Origin: Minisyncoccota bacterium
GTDB lineage: Bacteria > Patescibacteriota > Minisyncoccia > Moranbacterales > UBA2206
Direction of reading: 5' to 3'
DNA: 52,244 nucleotides
Assembly (NCBI GenBank): GCA_031291955.1
Contig: JARLIA010000012.1
Location: 1 to 52,244 of the forward strand
Position numbers and translations under genes: made by a program. The notes under the pieces were generated by a model. It ran no database searches. It was given only the letters and a program-made list of their open reading frames with translations, and was not told where the DNA came from. The stretch's first letter is position 1. Each line of letters starts with the position of its first letter. Shown here one piece after another: positions 16,288 to 24,731 of this stretch.

Positions 16288-17070
16288 CTAATCCAGGATT
16301 TTTTTATTCGCGTTGTCCGGCATGCTTTCTCTCACCGGACGAAAACTTTTCCGATGGATCTCGCACGGACCGTATTTTTTAAGAGCATCCATATGAACCT
16401 TGGTTCCGTATCCTTTGTGGCGCGCGAAATCATATTGCGGATAAGCCGCGTGCATTTTTTTCATGATCCGGTCCCGCGTCACCTTGGCCACGATCGACGC
16501 CGCCGAAATGCTTTTTATCAACTTATCCCCACCCACCACCGCCCGCTGTTCGGCTGAAAAATTCGGAATGACCTTGTTCCCATCCACCAAAATGATCGAT
16601 TTTGAACCGAAATCTAAAATCGAAAATCTAAAATCTAAAATTTTATCTTTACTGGTTACGACTTCCTCTCGCATATTTCTGGATAAATCAGCCAGCGCTT
16701 TCTTCATAGATAAATACGTCGCCTCGAGTATATTCATCCGGTCAATCGTCTCATGGTCGCACATCCCCACTCCTACATAAAAATTTTCCAAAATGAAATC
16801 GCACAAGCCTTCCCGCTGCTTTTCCGATAACAATTTGGAATCCTTGATTAAATTTATTTTTTTAAAAAAGTCTTGTTCATTGAAAATTTTATCATTGGAA
16901 TTTGTTTGAAAATTGAAAATTGAAAATTGAAAATTCCGGGCCATAACGGCGCATGCCACTACCGGTCCGGCCAACGGCCCTCTCCCCACTTCGTCCACGC
17001 CAATAATAAAACCATAGCCTTCTCCGGCCAGTTTTTTTTCGTATTCAAATAAGTCTCTTGACAACTCCAT
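16288..17070 (-). CDS. rnhB: Ribonuclease HII
   Basis: GVDEVGRGPLAGPVV...DSKLLS...VDGN...ASIVAKVTRD...GYG. It carries two repeat-derived insertions. Confidence 0.9.
   Translation of the reverse strand: MELSRDLFEYEKKLAGEGYGFIIGVDEVGRGPLAGPVVACAVMARNFQFSIFNFQTNSNDKIFNEQDFFKKINLIKDSKLLSEKQREGLCDFILENFYVGVGMCDHETIDRMNILEATYLSMKKALADLSRNMREEVVTSKDKILDFRFSILDFGSKSIILVDGNKVIPNFSAEQRAVVGGDKLIKSISAASIVAKVTRDRIMKKMHAAYPQYDFARHKGYGTKVHMDALKKYGPCEIHRKSFRPVRESMPDNANKKILD
16598..16645. repeat. AAATCTA-type tandem block inside rnhB
   Basis: gattttgaaccgaaatctaaaatcgaaaatctaaaatctaaaatttta is translated as DFRFSILDFGSKS. Confidence 0.7.
16878..16938. repeat. GAAAATT-heptad element inside rnhB
   Basis: cattgaaaattttatcattggaatttgtttgaaaattgaaaattgaaaattgaaaattcc has the same core as 2581-2641. 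It is read on the minus strand as NFQFSIFNFQTNSNDKIFNE. Confidence 0.8.
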
Positions 17071-17311
17071 GACTTTGCGAGATAATGTATTTTTAGTTCT
17101 TTGGAAATTACTTCCAGACTTATCTTACCATGGAAGAATGAGTCTGGATATAATCAAAATAAAACGAATATTCAAACAAAAAAGAAGACCGGCCAAGCTG
17201 GATCTTTTTTGTTATGGTATAATTGATTTATCAGCAGAAAGTAAAAAATAAAAAACCCGGCGCTCCGGATTTTTTTGTTTTTTAAATCGTTCTTTGGAAA
17301 AGGAGGTAGTA

Positions 17312-17467
17312 GTGAAGTCAATAAAGAAATTCCTTTGGCGTTTAGATAGGCTTGTAATCATTCTGCTTTTATTCACGCCGATCTTTGGTGCCACGCCGGT
17401 TTATATCATAACCCGGAAACTAGGTTGTAAATTATTTGATTTTATTACAAAAGCCGAAAAAGCTTAG
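17312..17467 (+). CDS. Small (51 aa) membrane protein, below the ORF-track cutoff
   Basis: A GTG start lies 4 nt after AAGGAGG: VKSIKKFLWRLDRLVIILLLFTPIFGATPVYIITRKLGCKLFDFITKAEKA*. A terminator follows immediately. Confidence 0.45.
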   Translation: MKSIKKFLWRLDRLVIILLLFTPIFGATPVYIITRKLGCKLFDFITKAEKA

Positions 17468-17495
17468 GAGGGCCAACGCGCCCTCTTTTATTTTT
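17468..17495 (+). terminator. Rho-independent terminator
   Basis: The stem gagggc/gccctc has a 6-nt loop and is followed by ttttattttt. Confidence 0.6.
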
Positions 17496-17906
17496 GGGAA
17501 AATAAAAACCCACAACAATTGCGTAACAGTTTTCTTAAAAAACTAGTTAATTACAACTTTCTTGTTGTGAGGTTTTTGATAGAAGCAGGAGACGATGTCC
17601 CGCTTCAAGATGGGACTGTGAATCCGAAGCGGGGGGACACTCCGGATTCACAGGGAAAGGTAGAGATGCCGAGTCCAATACCCAGCATTTCAGAAGGATT
17701 CTATATTATCATATCGCCTTTTTTGTGTCAAATATCCTTTCGTGCTAAGATAGATCCACAACTATCCTGCCGACTCCAAGGAGCGATCCGGGGAAAGAGG
17801 ATACGGACTATATGAAAAATAATTATTTGCTAATTTTAATCGACCATATTCATCAGATAATGGTTTTTATTTTGTCCTTAATTATCAATTTACAATTTAC
17901 AATTTT

Positions 17907-20900
17907 ATGAAATTCACCCATCTCCACGTCCACACCCACTATTCCCTCCTCGATGGCCTCGCCAAGATCGACGATATTTTGGATCGCGCCAAGGAACTGG
18001 GAATGGAATCTCTCGCCATCACCGATCACGGCGTGCTCTATGGCGGGGTGGAGTTTTTCATCAAAGCCAAAGAAAGAGGGATAAAGCCCATCATTGGTTG
18101 CGAAATGTATCTGACGGCCGGCGATTATAAGAGTCGCAACAACACAACCGAGGACAAAACGCGTTTTCATCTGATCCTTCTGGCTAAAAACGAAACCGGC
18201 TACAAAAATTTGATGAAGTTGATTTCTTTCGCGCATCTCGACGGGTTCTACTACAAGCCCCGCATCAATCGGGAACTCCTGCGGAAATATTCCGGGGGTT
18301 TAATCGGACTATCCGCCTGCGCCCAGGGCGAAGTGCCGACCGCGGCAATTGCCGGCGACATGGAAAAAGCCGAACGGTTGGCACTGGAATACCAAGATAT
18401 TTTCGGCAAAGGCGATTTCTATCTTGAGATCCAGCACCATCCCAAATTTCCCAACCAACAGGTTGCCAACGATGCCCTGGTCAAAATTTCCCGAAAACAT
18501 AACATTCCGCTCGTGGCCACCAATGACATCCACTACATCAAAAAAGAAGACAATGTCATCCAGGACATTCTGCTTTGCATCCAGACCAACCGAAAAGTCG
18601 ACGAAGCCAATCGGATGAACTTGATGGATTTTGAACTTTACCTCAAAAGCCCCGAAGAAATGGCCGAGCATTTCAAGGATTATCCCGAAGCGATCAGCAA
18701 CACTCAGGAAATCGTAAAGAAGTGCAACGTCGAAATCAAATTGGGCGAAACCCAGCTTCCCCACTACGAAGTGCCGGCAGGCTTCACCGATGTTACCTTC
18801 CTGCGGAAAATGACCGAGGATGGACTCCAAAAGAAATTCGGCGACAACCCTGACCAAGTATACCGCGATCGGATGGACTATGAACTCGGCGTCATCGAAA
18901 AGACCGGCTTTCCGTCCTATTTCTTGATCGTTCAAGATTTCGTCAACTGGGCGAAAGTCAACGGCATCGTGGTGGGCCCGGGCCGCGGCTCGGCCGCCGG
19001 GAGTCTGGTGAGCTATCTCATCGGCATCACCAACATCGACCCGATCAAATATGATCTTCTCTTTGAAAGATTTTTAAATCCCGAACGCATCTCCATGCCG
19101 GATGTTGACATGGATTTTGCTGATGACCGGAGAGACGAAGTGCTGGGTTATGTCCGGCAAAAATACGGCGACGACCACGTGGCCCAAATTATTACTTTTG
19201 GAACCATGGCCGCCCGGGCCGCCATCCGCGACGCCGGCCGGGCCTTGGGTTTACCGTATGATTTTTGCGACCGGACCGCCAAACTCATTCCAATGTTTTC
19301 TTCCATCCCGCAGGCACTGGAGAATGTCAAAGAATTCTCCGACGTTTACAAAAATGATCCAGGCGGGAAAAAACTCATCGACTCGGCGGCGCGCCTGGAA
19401 GGCGTCGCCCGCCATGCCTCAATGCACGCTTGCGGAGTGGTCATCACCAAGGAACCAGTAGTGGAATACAGTCCGCTCCAAAAGATCATCGGCAAAGACT
19501 CGGGCGCGGTAACGCAATATTCCTCTTCCACCAAATCAAGCTTCATTGAGAAAATCGGACTTCTCAAGATGGATTTTTTGGGACTCAAGAACCTGACCGT
19601 CATCCAAAATTGTCAAAGAATCGCCCGAAAAACGAAAGAGATTGAAATCGACATCAATGATATCCCGCTGGACGATCCCGAGACTTACGCCCTCTTCCAG
19701 AAAGCCAAAACGACCGGCGTCTTCCAATTTGAAAGTTCCGGCATGAAAAGATATTTGAAACAGCTTATGCCGACTCACATTGAAGACGTCATCGCTATGG
19801 GCGCCCTCTATCGGCCGGGTCCCATGGATTGGATTCCGGACTTTATCGCCGGAAAACATGGCGAGCGCCAAGTCCGTTATCTCCATCCGAAACTGAAACC
19901 CATCTTGGAAAAAACCTACGGCGTAGCTGTCTATCAGGAACAGGTCATGCAGATCGCGACTGCCTTGGCCGGCTTCAGCTTGGGTGAAGCGGACGTCCTT
20001 CGGAAAGCGATGGGGAAAAAAATATTCGCCCTCGTCGCCGAGCAAAAGAAAAAATTTATCGATGCCTGTGCGATTCAAGGTACAGGGCGTGAGATCGGCG
20101 AAAAAGTTTTCGCTTTCATCGAGCCGTTTGCCGGTTATGGCTTCAACCGATCGCATGCGGCGTGCTATGGTCTTATCGGCTATCAAACCGCTTATCTCAA
20201 GGCCCACTATCCGGCCGAATTTATGGCGGCTCTCCTCACCTCCGATCAAGACAACATCGACCGCGTAGCCATCGAAGTGGCCGAGTGCCAAGAAATGGGC
20301 ATTGAAGTTTTGCCGCCGGACGTCAATGAAAGTTTTGAGGAATTCGCTGTCATTGTCGATCCGGAAACTAAAGCCGAAAAAATCCGCTTCGGGTTGAACG
20401 CCGTCAAAAACGTCGGCCACACTGTCGCGCATGAAATCGTGGAAGAAAGAAAACGCGGCGGGAAATTCCAGACACTCACGGGATTCATCGAAAGGGTGCG
20501 CCACAAGGATCTCAACAAAAAATCCCTGGAAGCGCTGGCCAAAGTCGGCGCGTTTGATGCTTTCGCCGAACGAAATGCCCTTTTGGCTTCCATCGACAAC
20601 ATCCTCTCTCACAGCAAAAATTTTGAAAAGCTCCAAAATTCTTCGCAGATCAGCCTTTTTGGCGAGAATGACATGAAACTTCCCGAAATCACGCTCTCTG
20701 CCAGCATCGAAGCTTCTTCCAAAGAGCGCCTGGCCTGGGAAAAAGAACTGCTGGGACTCTACATCTCCGACCACCCGGCCAACGCTTACCGGGACTATTT
20801 TGAGCAGATGGCGCTTCCTATCAAAAACATTACGCCAGACATGAACGGACAGACCGTAACCATCGGCGGCGTGATCACAAAAATAAAAAAGATCTATCTC

Positions 20901-21449
20901 AAAAGCCAAAAGACGATGCTTTTCGCGGCCATTGAAGACCCCAGTGGCGCCATGGAAATTCTGGTTTTCCCGAAACTCCTTGAGATGAGCGGCTCGATCT
21001 GGGAAGAAGAGAAAGTAATTATCGCCACCGGTCGACTCTCCGACAAAGATGGTGAGATGAAACTTCTGGCCGACAGCGCCAAGCTCGTCACCGACGAAGA
21101 GCTCGCCAATTTCAAAAGAATCCTGGAAACCCAAAAGAAAAACGGCACTTACAAACAGCCTGCTCCAGATATTCCTCCCCCCCAGGGGGAGGATGTCCGG
21201 TACTCCGGACAGGAGAGGGCCGCCGAAAATCCTTCCACAAAACTCCTCATCACTTTCCCTCACGGCGCTTCCAAAGAAATCCTGCAAAGCCTTTCCCAAT
21301 TTTTCGATGCTTGCCAGCCGGGCGATTTGAAAATCTATCTCGCCCTCGGCGGAAAAAAGATTGAAACACCATACCGCGTCAGCCGGGCGGACGGCTTGGG
21401 AGAGAAAATAAAAGCCATCGCCCCCAACAGCCAAATAAGAATCTTCTGA
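17907..21449 (+). CDS. dnaE: DNA polymerase III alpha subunit
   Basis: It has the PHP domain HLHVHTHYSLLDG, the polymerase core ...PDVDMDF... and HhH/OB regions, in 1180 aa. Confidence 0.95.
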   Translation: MKFTHLHVHTHYSLLDGLAKIDDILDRAKELGMESLAITDHGVLYGGVEFFIKAKERGIKPIIGCEMYLTAGDYKSRNNTTEDKTRFHLILLAKNETGYKNLMKLISFAHLDGFYYKPRINRELLRKYSGGLIGLSACAQGEVPTAAIAGDMEKAERLALEYQDIFGKGDFYLEIQHHPKFPNQQVANDALVKISRKHNIPLVATNDIHYIKKEDNVIQDILLCIQTNRKVDEANRMNLMDFELYLKSPEEMAEHFKDYPEAISNTQEIVKKCNVEIKLGETQLPHYEVPAGFTDVTFLRKMTEDGLQKKFGDNPDQVYRDRMDYELGVIEKTGFPSYFLIVQDFVNWAKVNGIVVGPGRGSAAGSLVSYLIGITNIDPIKYDLLFERFLNPERISMPDVDMDFADDRRDEVLGYVRQKYGDDHVAQIITFGTMAARAAIRDAGRALGLPYDFCDRTAKLIPMFSSIPQALENVKEFSDVYKNDPGGKKLIDSAARLEGVARHASMHACGVVITKEPVVEYSPLQKIIGKDSGAVTQYSSSTKSSFIEKIGLLKMDFLGLKNLTVIQNCQRIARKTKEIEIDINDIPLDDPETYALFQKAKTTGVFQFESSGMKRYLKQLMPTHIEDVIAMGALYRPGPMDWIPDFIAGKHGERQVRYLHPKLKPILEKTYGVAVYQEQVMQIATALAGFSLGEADVLRKAMGKKIFALVAEQKKKFIDACAIQGTGREIGEKVFAFIEPFAGYGFNRSHAACYGLIGYQTAYLKAHYPAEFMAALLTSDQDNIDRVAIEVAECQEMGIEVLPPDVNESFEEFAVIVDPETKAEKIRFGLNAVKNVGHTVAHEIVEERKRGGKFQTLTGFIERVRHKDLNKKSLEALAKVGAFDAFAERNALLASIDNILSHSKNFEKLQNSSQISLFGENDMKLPEITLSASIEASSKERLAWEKELLGLYISDHPANAYRDYFEQMALPIKNITPDMNGQTVTIGGVITKIKKIYLKSQKTMLFAAIEDPSGAMEILVFPKLLEMSGSIWEEEKVIIATGRLSDKDGEMKLLADSAKLVTDEELANFKRILETQKKNGTYKQPAPDIPPPQGEDVRYSGQERAAENPSTKLLITFPHGASKEILQSLSQFFDACQPGDLKIYLALGGKKIETPYRVSRADGLGEKIKAIAPNSQIRIF
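21174..21220. repeat. Hairpin-repeat copy inside the dnaE reading frame
   Basis: cctcccc-ccca-ggggagg atg tccgg-TACT-ccgga cag gagagggc has the same layout as 1257-1307 with different stem sequences. It is translated as IPPPQGEDVRYSGQERA. Confidence 0.7.
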
Positions 21450-21467
21450 TTCTTGAATTTCTTAGTT

Positions 21468-22028
21468 TTAAAGTTTCTTAATTTCCTTCCGTATCTTTTT
21501 GTAATCCGGCACGGTTTGCTCCACCAGTGCCCAGAAGTTTTTGGAATGGTTGAACTGCCCTAAATGGCAAAGTTCGTGGACGATAATATAGTCGCACATC
21601 TTTTCGCCAAGATAAATTATCCGGTAGCTGAAATTGAGATTCCCGTTTTTGGAACAACTGCCCCAGCGGGTTTTCTGGTTCCTGATTGCGATTCGGTTCC
21701 AGGAAAAATTATAAAAAGTATTGAAATAGCGAAGCTTTTGCTCGGCAATGGAGCGGGCCAGCTCTTTATTTTTCAAATAATCCGCCCGAGTGGCCAGCGG
21801 CAGGACGGAGATTTTTTTATTTTTGAAAATTGCCAGCTTTTCCAAAAGCCACTCGGCTTTTTCCAACAGAAACTTCTCCGCCGCCGTTTCATCTGACCGC
21901 CAAGGAATCGTTACTCTTATGCTCGCGTCCGGCAAAACAGAAAGGCGCATATAACGAGAACGCCGGTTCTTCCGAAGTTCGTATTTGATTGTATCCCCTC
22001 CAATGAAAATCTCTTTTTCTTTCTTCAT
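21468..22028 (-). CDS. YgjP/DUF45-family (M48/SprT-like) metal-dependent hydrolase
   Basis: It has HELCHLGQFNHSKNFW (HExxH...H). The start is placed at MKKEKEIF; the ORF extends to 22109, which is an alternative start abutting the upstream stop. Confidence 0.75.
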   Translation of the reverse strand: MKKEKEIFIGGDTIKYELRKNRRSRYMRLSVLPDASIRVTIPWRSDETAAEKFLLEKAEWLLEKLAIFKNKKISVLPLATRADYLKNKELARSIAEQKLRYFNTFYNFSWNRIAIRNQKTRWGSCSKNGNLNFSYRIIYLGEKMCDYIIVHELCHLGQFNHSKNFWALVEQTVPDYKKIRKEIKKL

Positions 22029-22109
22029 ACTCGCCAGTATACCAAAAAAACGCGCGCCGGGCACGCGTCGCATTTCTTTGATACAGCTTATACCTTGAAT
22101 ATTTCCCAA

Positions 22110-22310
22110 CTATTGGATATTGTAAGCTGAAGTAATGATATTCACGAACCACGGCAGGACAAAAGCCAGGGCGATCAGCGGCAAAAGGATCGTTCCGACC
22201 GTGACAATCAGCGTCCATAAGAAATATTTCCGCATTTTTTCGATGGATTTGTAAATATCATTCAGTTTCTTTTCCTGCGTCTCCAATTTTTGACGGATGT
22301 CTTCTTCCAT
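22110..22310 (-). CDS. Small membrane protein
   Basis: 66 aa, with a charged N-terminal helix followed by the TM segment LWTLIVTVGTILLPLIALAFVLPWF. Confidence 0.5.
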   Translation of the reverse strand: MEEDIRQKLETQEKKLNDIYKSIEKMRKYFLWTLIVTVGTILLPLIALAFVLPWFVNIITSAYNIQ

Positions 22311-22376
22311 AAAAAAATTTATTTTTAATTTTTTATCCCTCTTTCTTAATTAATTATAGCATCTTATCCGGATATG

Positions 22377-22402
22377 AAAAAACCGCCCCTTAAACGGGGC
22401 GG
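22377..22402 (-). terminator. Rho-independent terminator of hup
   Basis: The stem ccgcccc/ggggcgg has a 6-nt loop and a T-run on the minus strand. Confidence 0.8.
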
Positions 22403-22427
22403 TTTGCCATTCTAGCGCAAAAGAAGA

Positions 22428-22709
22428 CTACATGACCGCTTCTTTGGCGGCTTTCGCCAAGCGGAACTTGGCGACAGTCTTGGCGGCGATTTGGATTTTT
22501 TCGCCGGTCGCCGGATTGACACCTGCTCTGGCTTTGCGGCGCACTTTCACCATCTTGCCAAAACCGGGCAAAACGAATTCGCCGTTTTTCTTCACTTCCG
22601 AGTACGCCATTTCCGTCAGCGTATCCATGAAACTCACCACGTCCTTCTTGGCCATGCCGGTCTTGTCCGAGAGAGCCGACATAAGCTGAGACTTTGTCAT
22701 CTTCGCCAT
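22428..22709 (-). CDS. hup: HU-family DNA-binding protein
   Basis: MTKSQLMSALSDKTGMAKKDV...GFGKMVKVRRKARAGVNPATGEKIQIAAKTVAKF is the HU/IHF signature. Confidence 0.92.
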   Translation of the reverse strand: MAKMTKSQLMSALSDKTGMAKKDVVSFMDTLTEMAYSEVKKNGEFVLPGFGKMVKVRRKARAGVNPATGEKIQIAAKTVAKFRLAKAAKEAVM

Positions 22710-22802
22710 TTTCGTTTTTTTAATTATTATTATCCCCTACTCCATACATTATAAGGGTTTTCTTAATGTTTGCAAGGGTTTTGTCAAGTCTCCCTCTTTT
22801 TT

Positions 22803-23024
22803 TCACTTTAGCAACCCAGGAACATCCTTCAAAGTATGAATCGCCCGAGCCAAAAAACCGACAACAATCGCCGCGATGATAGACGCCCCGATAGCCGACC
22901 CGATGCCAAACAGCACCCCGCGAACAAGATTTTGCCAGTAAGAATTATAATACTTAATTTCCTTGATTAAACCTTGGATGCTTTCGACCAAATTATTTTC
23001 TTCGGGGATGTTTTTTTTGGACAT
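22803..23024 (-). CDS. Small membrane protein (DUF5665-like)
   Basis: YWQNLVRGVLFGIGSAIGASIIAAIVVGFL. Confidence 0.5.
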   Translation of the reverse strand: MSKKNIPEENNLVESIQGLIKEIKYYNSYWQNLVRGVLFGIGSAIGASIIAAIVVGFLARAIHTLKDVPGLLK

Positions 23025-23051
23025 AAAATATTTGAATTATTTTTTTATTTT

Positions 23052-23453
23052 TTAAATATTTTCCGGTATCATTTCCACCAGCCGCTCGACCGTGTCGAAC
23101 TCCACGACCACGTCCGCCAATTTCTTGAGCAAAGGCGCTTCCGCGCCGACCTTGATCGCCAGAATCAATTTTTTGCCCTTGCCTTTGGCGCAGCCGACTT
23201 CCAAAAGCATCCCTTCGCTTTTTTCCGTGCTGGTGACCAGCGCCAGCACGGCGTCGCTTTTTCCGATTTCCAGAAATACACGCTCAAGCACTTTGCCAGG
23301 CTCGAGCTCAATTTCCTTCCAATTCTCCACATCCCGAAAATGGATGAACGTGCTGTGTCCATATTTCTCGATCGACTCGGACACCTTTTCCAACAGATTC
23401 CGCAGTTCCCGCTTGTCGCTTCCGGAAAATCGATAGGCGATAAAGATATTCAT
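23052..23453 (-). CDS. Nucleoside 2-deoxyribosyltransferase-like (NDT/TIR-like Rossmann) protein
   Basis: It has the N-terminal strand MNIFIAYRFSG and ...SEGMLLEVGCAKGKGKKLILAI, resembling the NDT-superfamily S-x-G-x3-E-x-G-x-A-x3-GK motif. Confidence 0.5.
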   Translation of the reverse strand: MNIFIAYRFSGSDKRELRNLLEKVSESIEKYGHSTFIHFRDVENWKEIELEPGKVLERVFLEIGKSDAVLALVTSTEKSEGMLLEVGCAKGKGKKLILAIKVGAEAPLLKKLADVVVEFDTVERLVEMIPENI

Positions 23454-23471
23454 ATATATTTTTTAAAAAAA

Positions 23472-24134
23472 TTATCCCAAAAACATTTTCCTCAATTTTT
23501 CCATTCCTCCATTGTAAAGCGCCTGGAAAAATTTGAGAGAAATTTCGGTGTTTCTGAAATTATCTTGGATTGAAATCTTCACAAATTCGTCAAACGGCAT
23601 ACTCATCAAACTTATCTTCTCGCCATTATCCAAATTCTGCTCCCTTATTTTTTGACAATCATAGGCAATGAAATTGTAGACCGCCCAATCGATCTTATTA
23701 AACGGCTGATAAGAAAACCAGAGAGTGATCCTTTCCGACGCCAGACCGGTCTCCTCTAAAAGCTCCCGCTTGGCCGCTTCGAGCGGAGTTTCTCCTGCGT
23801 CGATCCGCCCGCCCGGAACACTGATGAATGATTCCATCCCGGGCTGGTCCTGATCGGTTAGGACGATTTTGCCGTCTTTTACGGGAATAATGTTTACCGT
23901 ATCCGTCTTTTTGGCTTTTTCAAAAATTTCAAAACTGCCGTCAAACATCTTTTGTTTCCATTGATAAATATCAAAAAGCACGCCGTCAAAAACTTTTTCG
24001 GCGCTTTCCGGCATCAGCTGACTGGGTTTCGGTCGCGTTATTTTCATAATATCCAAGACTAACTCCCATACCTTCATCCTATCCCCAATCCAAGCCGAAG
24101 TAAAGTTTGCCGTTTCCCGCCTTTCGAAAATCAA
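23472..24134 (-). CDS. NUDIX hydrolase (ADP-ribose pyrophosphatase-like)
   Basis: The Nudix box is GGRIDAGETPLEAAKRELLEETGL. The true start may be the internal MKVWEL (24077). Confidence 0.8.
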   Translation of the reverse strand: MIFERRETANFTSAWIGDRMKVWELVLDIMKITRPKPSQLMPESAEKVFDGVLFDIYQWKQKMFDGSFEIFEKAKKTDTVNIIPVKDGKIVLTDQDQPGMESFISVPGGRIDAGETPLEAAKRELLEETGLASERITLWFSYQPFNKIDWAVYNFIAYDCQKIREQNLDNGEKISLMSMPFDEFVKISIQDNFRNTEISLKFFQALYNGGMEKLRKMFLG

Positions 24135-24147
24135 ACCTGAATCGGCT

Positions 24148-24663
24148 CTAAAATCCGATTTTCCTTTTTGGCGCCGCGTCTTCTTTCATTAATTGAGCGA
24201 TAACTTTGAAAATCATTCTGAACTGGTCATCATATTTTCTCTCCATTTTTTCCACCTTATCGCGCAACTCTTTATGAGTCGCCAGAATTTCCCGCAATTT
24301 CACGAAAATTCTCACGATTTGGATGCTGACTTCAATAGCGGTTTCACTATTAAGAACAGCTGAGAGCATCGACACGCCTTGTTCCGTAAAAACCAGAGGC
24401 GCTTTCCTCAATCCTTTCTTTTCCTTTTTGGATATCCCAAATTGGGATATCCAAATTTCCAACTCTTCTCTCGATAATTGGAACATGAAATCTTCAGGAA
24501 ACCTCTTTATATTCCGCCTGACAGCCCTGTTTAGTATTCTTGTTTCCACTCCGTAAAGATCAGCCAAGTCCCTATCAAACATCACTTTTTTGTCTCTTAT
24601 AAAATAAATCTGGCGGACAATCAGCTCAAATGGCACAAGTCTTAAATCTTTGCTTTTTTGCAT
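24148..24663 (-). CDS. ORF6N-domain DNA-binding protein (KilA-N/antirepressor-related)
   Basis: IYFIRDKKVMFDRDLADLYGVETRILNRAVRRNIKRFPEDFMFQLS...LVFTEQGVSMLSAVLNS matches the ORF6N pattern. Confidence 0.75.
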   Translation of the reverse strand: MQKSKDLRLVPFELIVRQIYFIRDKKVMFDRDLADLYGVETRILNRAVRRNIKRFPEDFMFQLSREELEIWISQFGISKKEKKGLRKAPLVFTEQGVSMLSAVLNSETAIEVSIQIVRIFVKLREILATHKELRDKVEKMERKYDDQFRMIFKVIAQLMKEDAAPKRKIGF

Positions 24664-24731
24664 AAATTACAAAAATTATTTTCTTCTTTGTTATTCTTAT
24701 TTGATATTCCAATTTGGAACATCAAACATTT

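Noticed and set aside
17213-17283. An extended -10 promoter (TGgTATAAT at 17215-17223) followed by a 4-bp hairpin plus T-run, considered as a candidate sRNA of about 50 nt.
   Set aside because: The hairpin (ccgg/ccgg) is too weak and there is no -35 element. The evidence is insufficient for an RNA gene call.
17519-17815. 98-aa ORF in the rnhB-dnaE spacer.
   Set aside because: It has no RBS and no recognisable motif, and it is crossed by strong secondary-structure elements. I treat it as non-coding (see the pseudoknot finding).
19536-21434. 632-aa ORF antisense to dnaE (also 18309-18935 and 20246-20602).
   Set aside because: It lies entirely within and opposite to a high-confidence 1180-aa DnaE reading frame. 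The composition is Phe/Gly/Asp-rich low complexity, typical of shadow ORFs, and there are no start signals.
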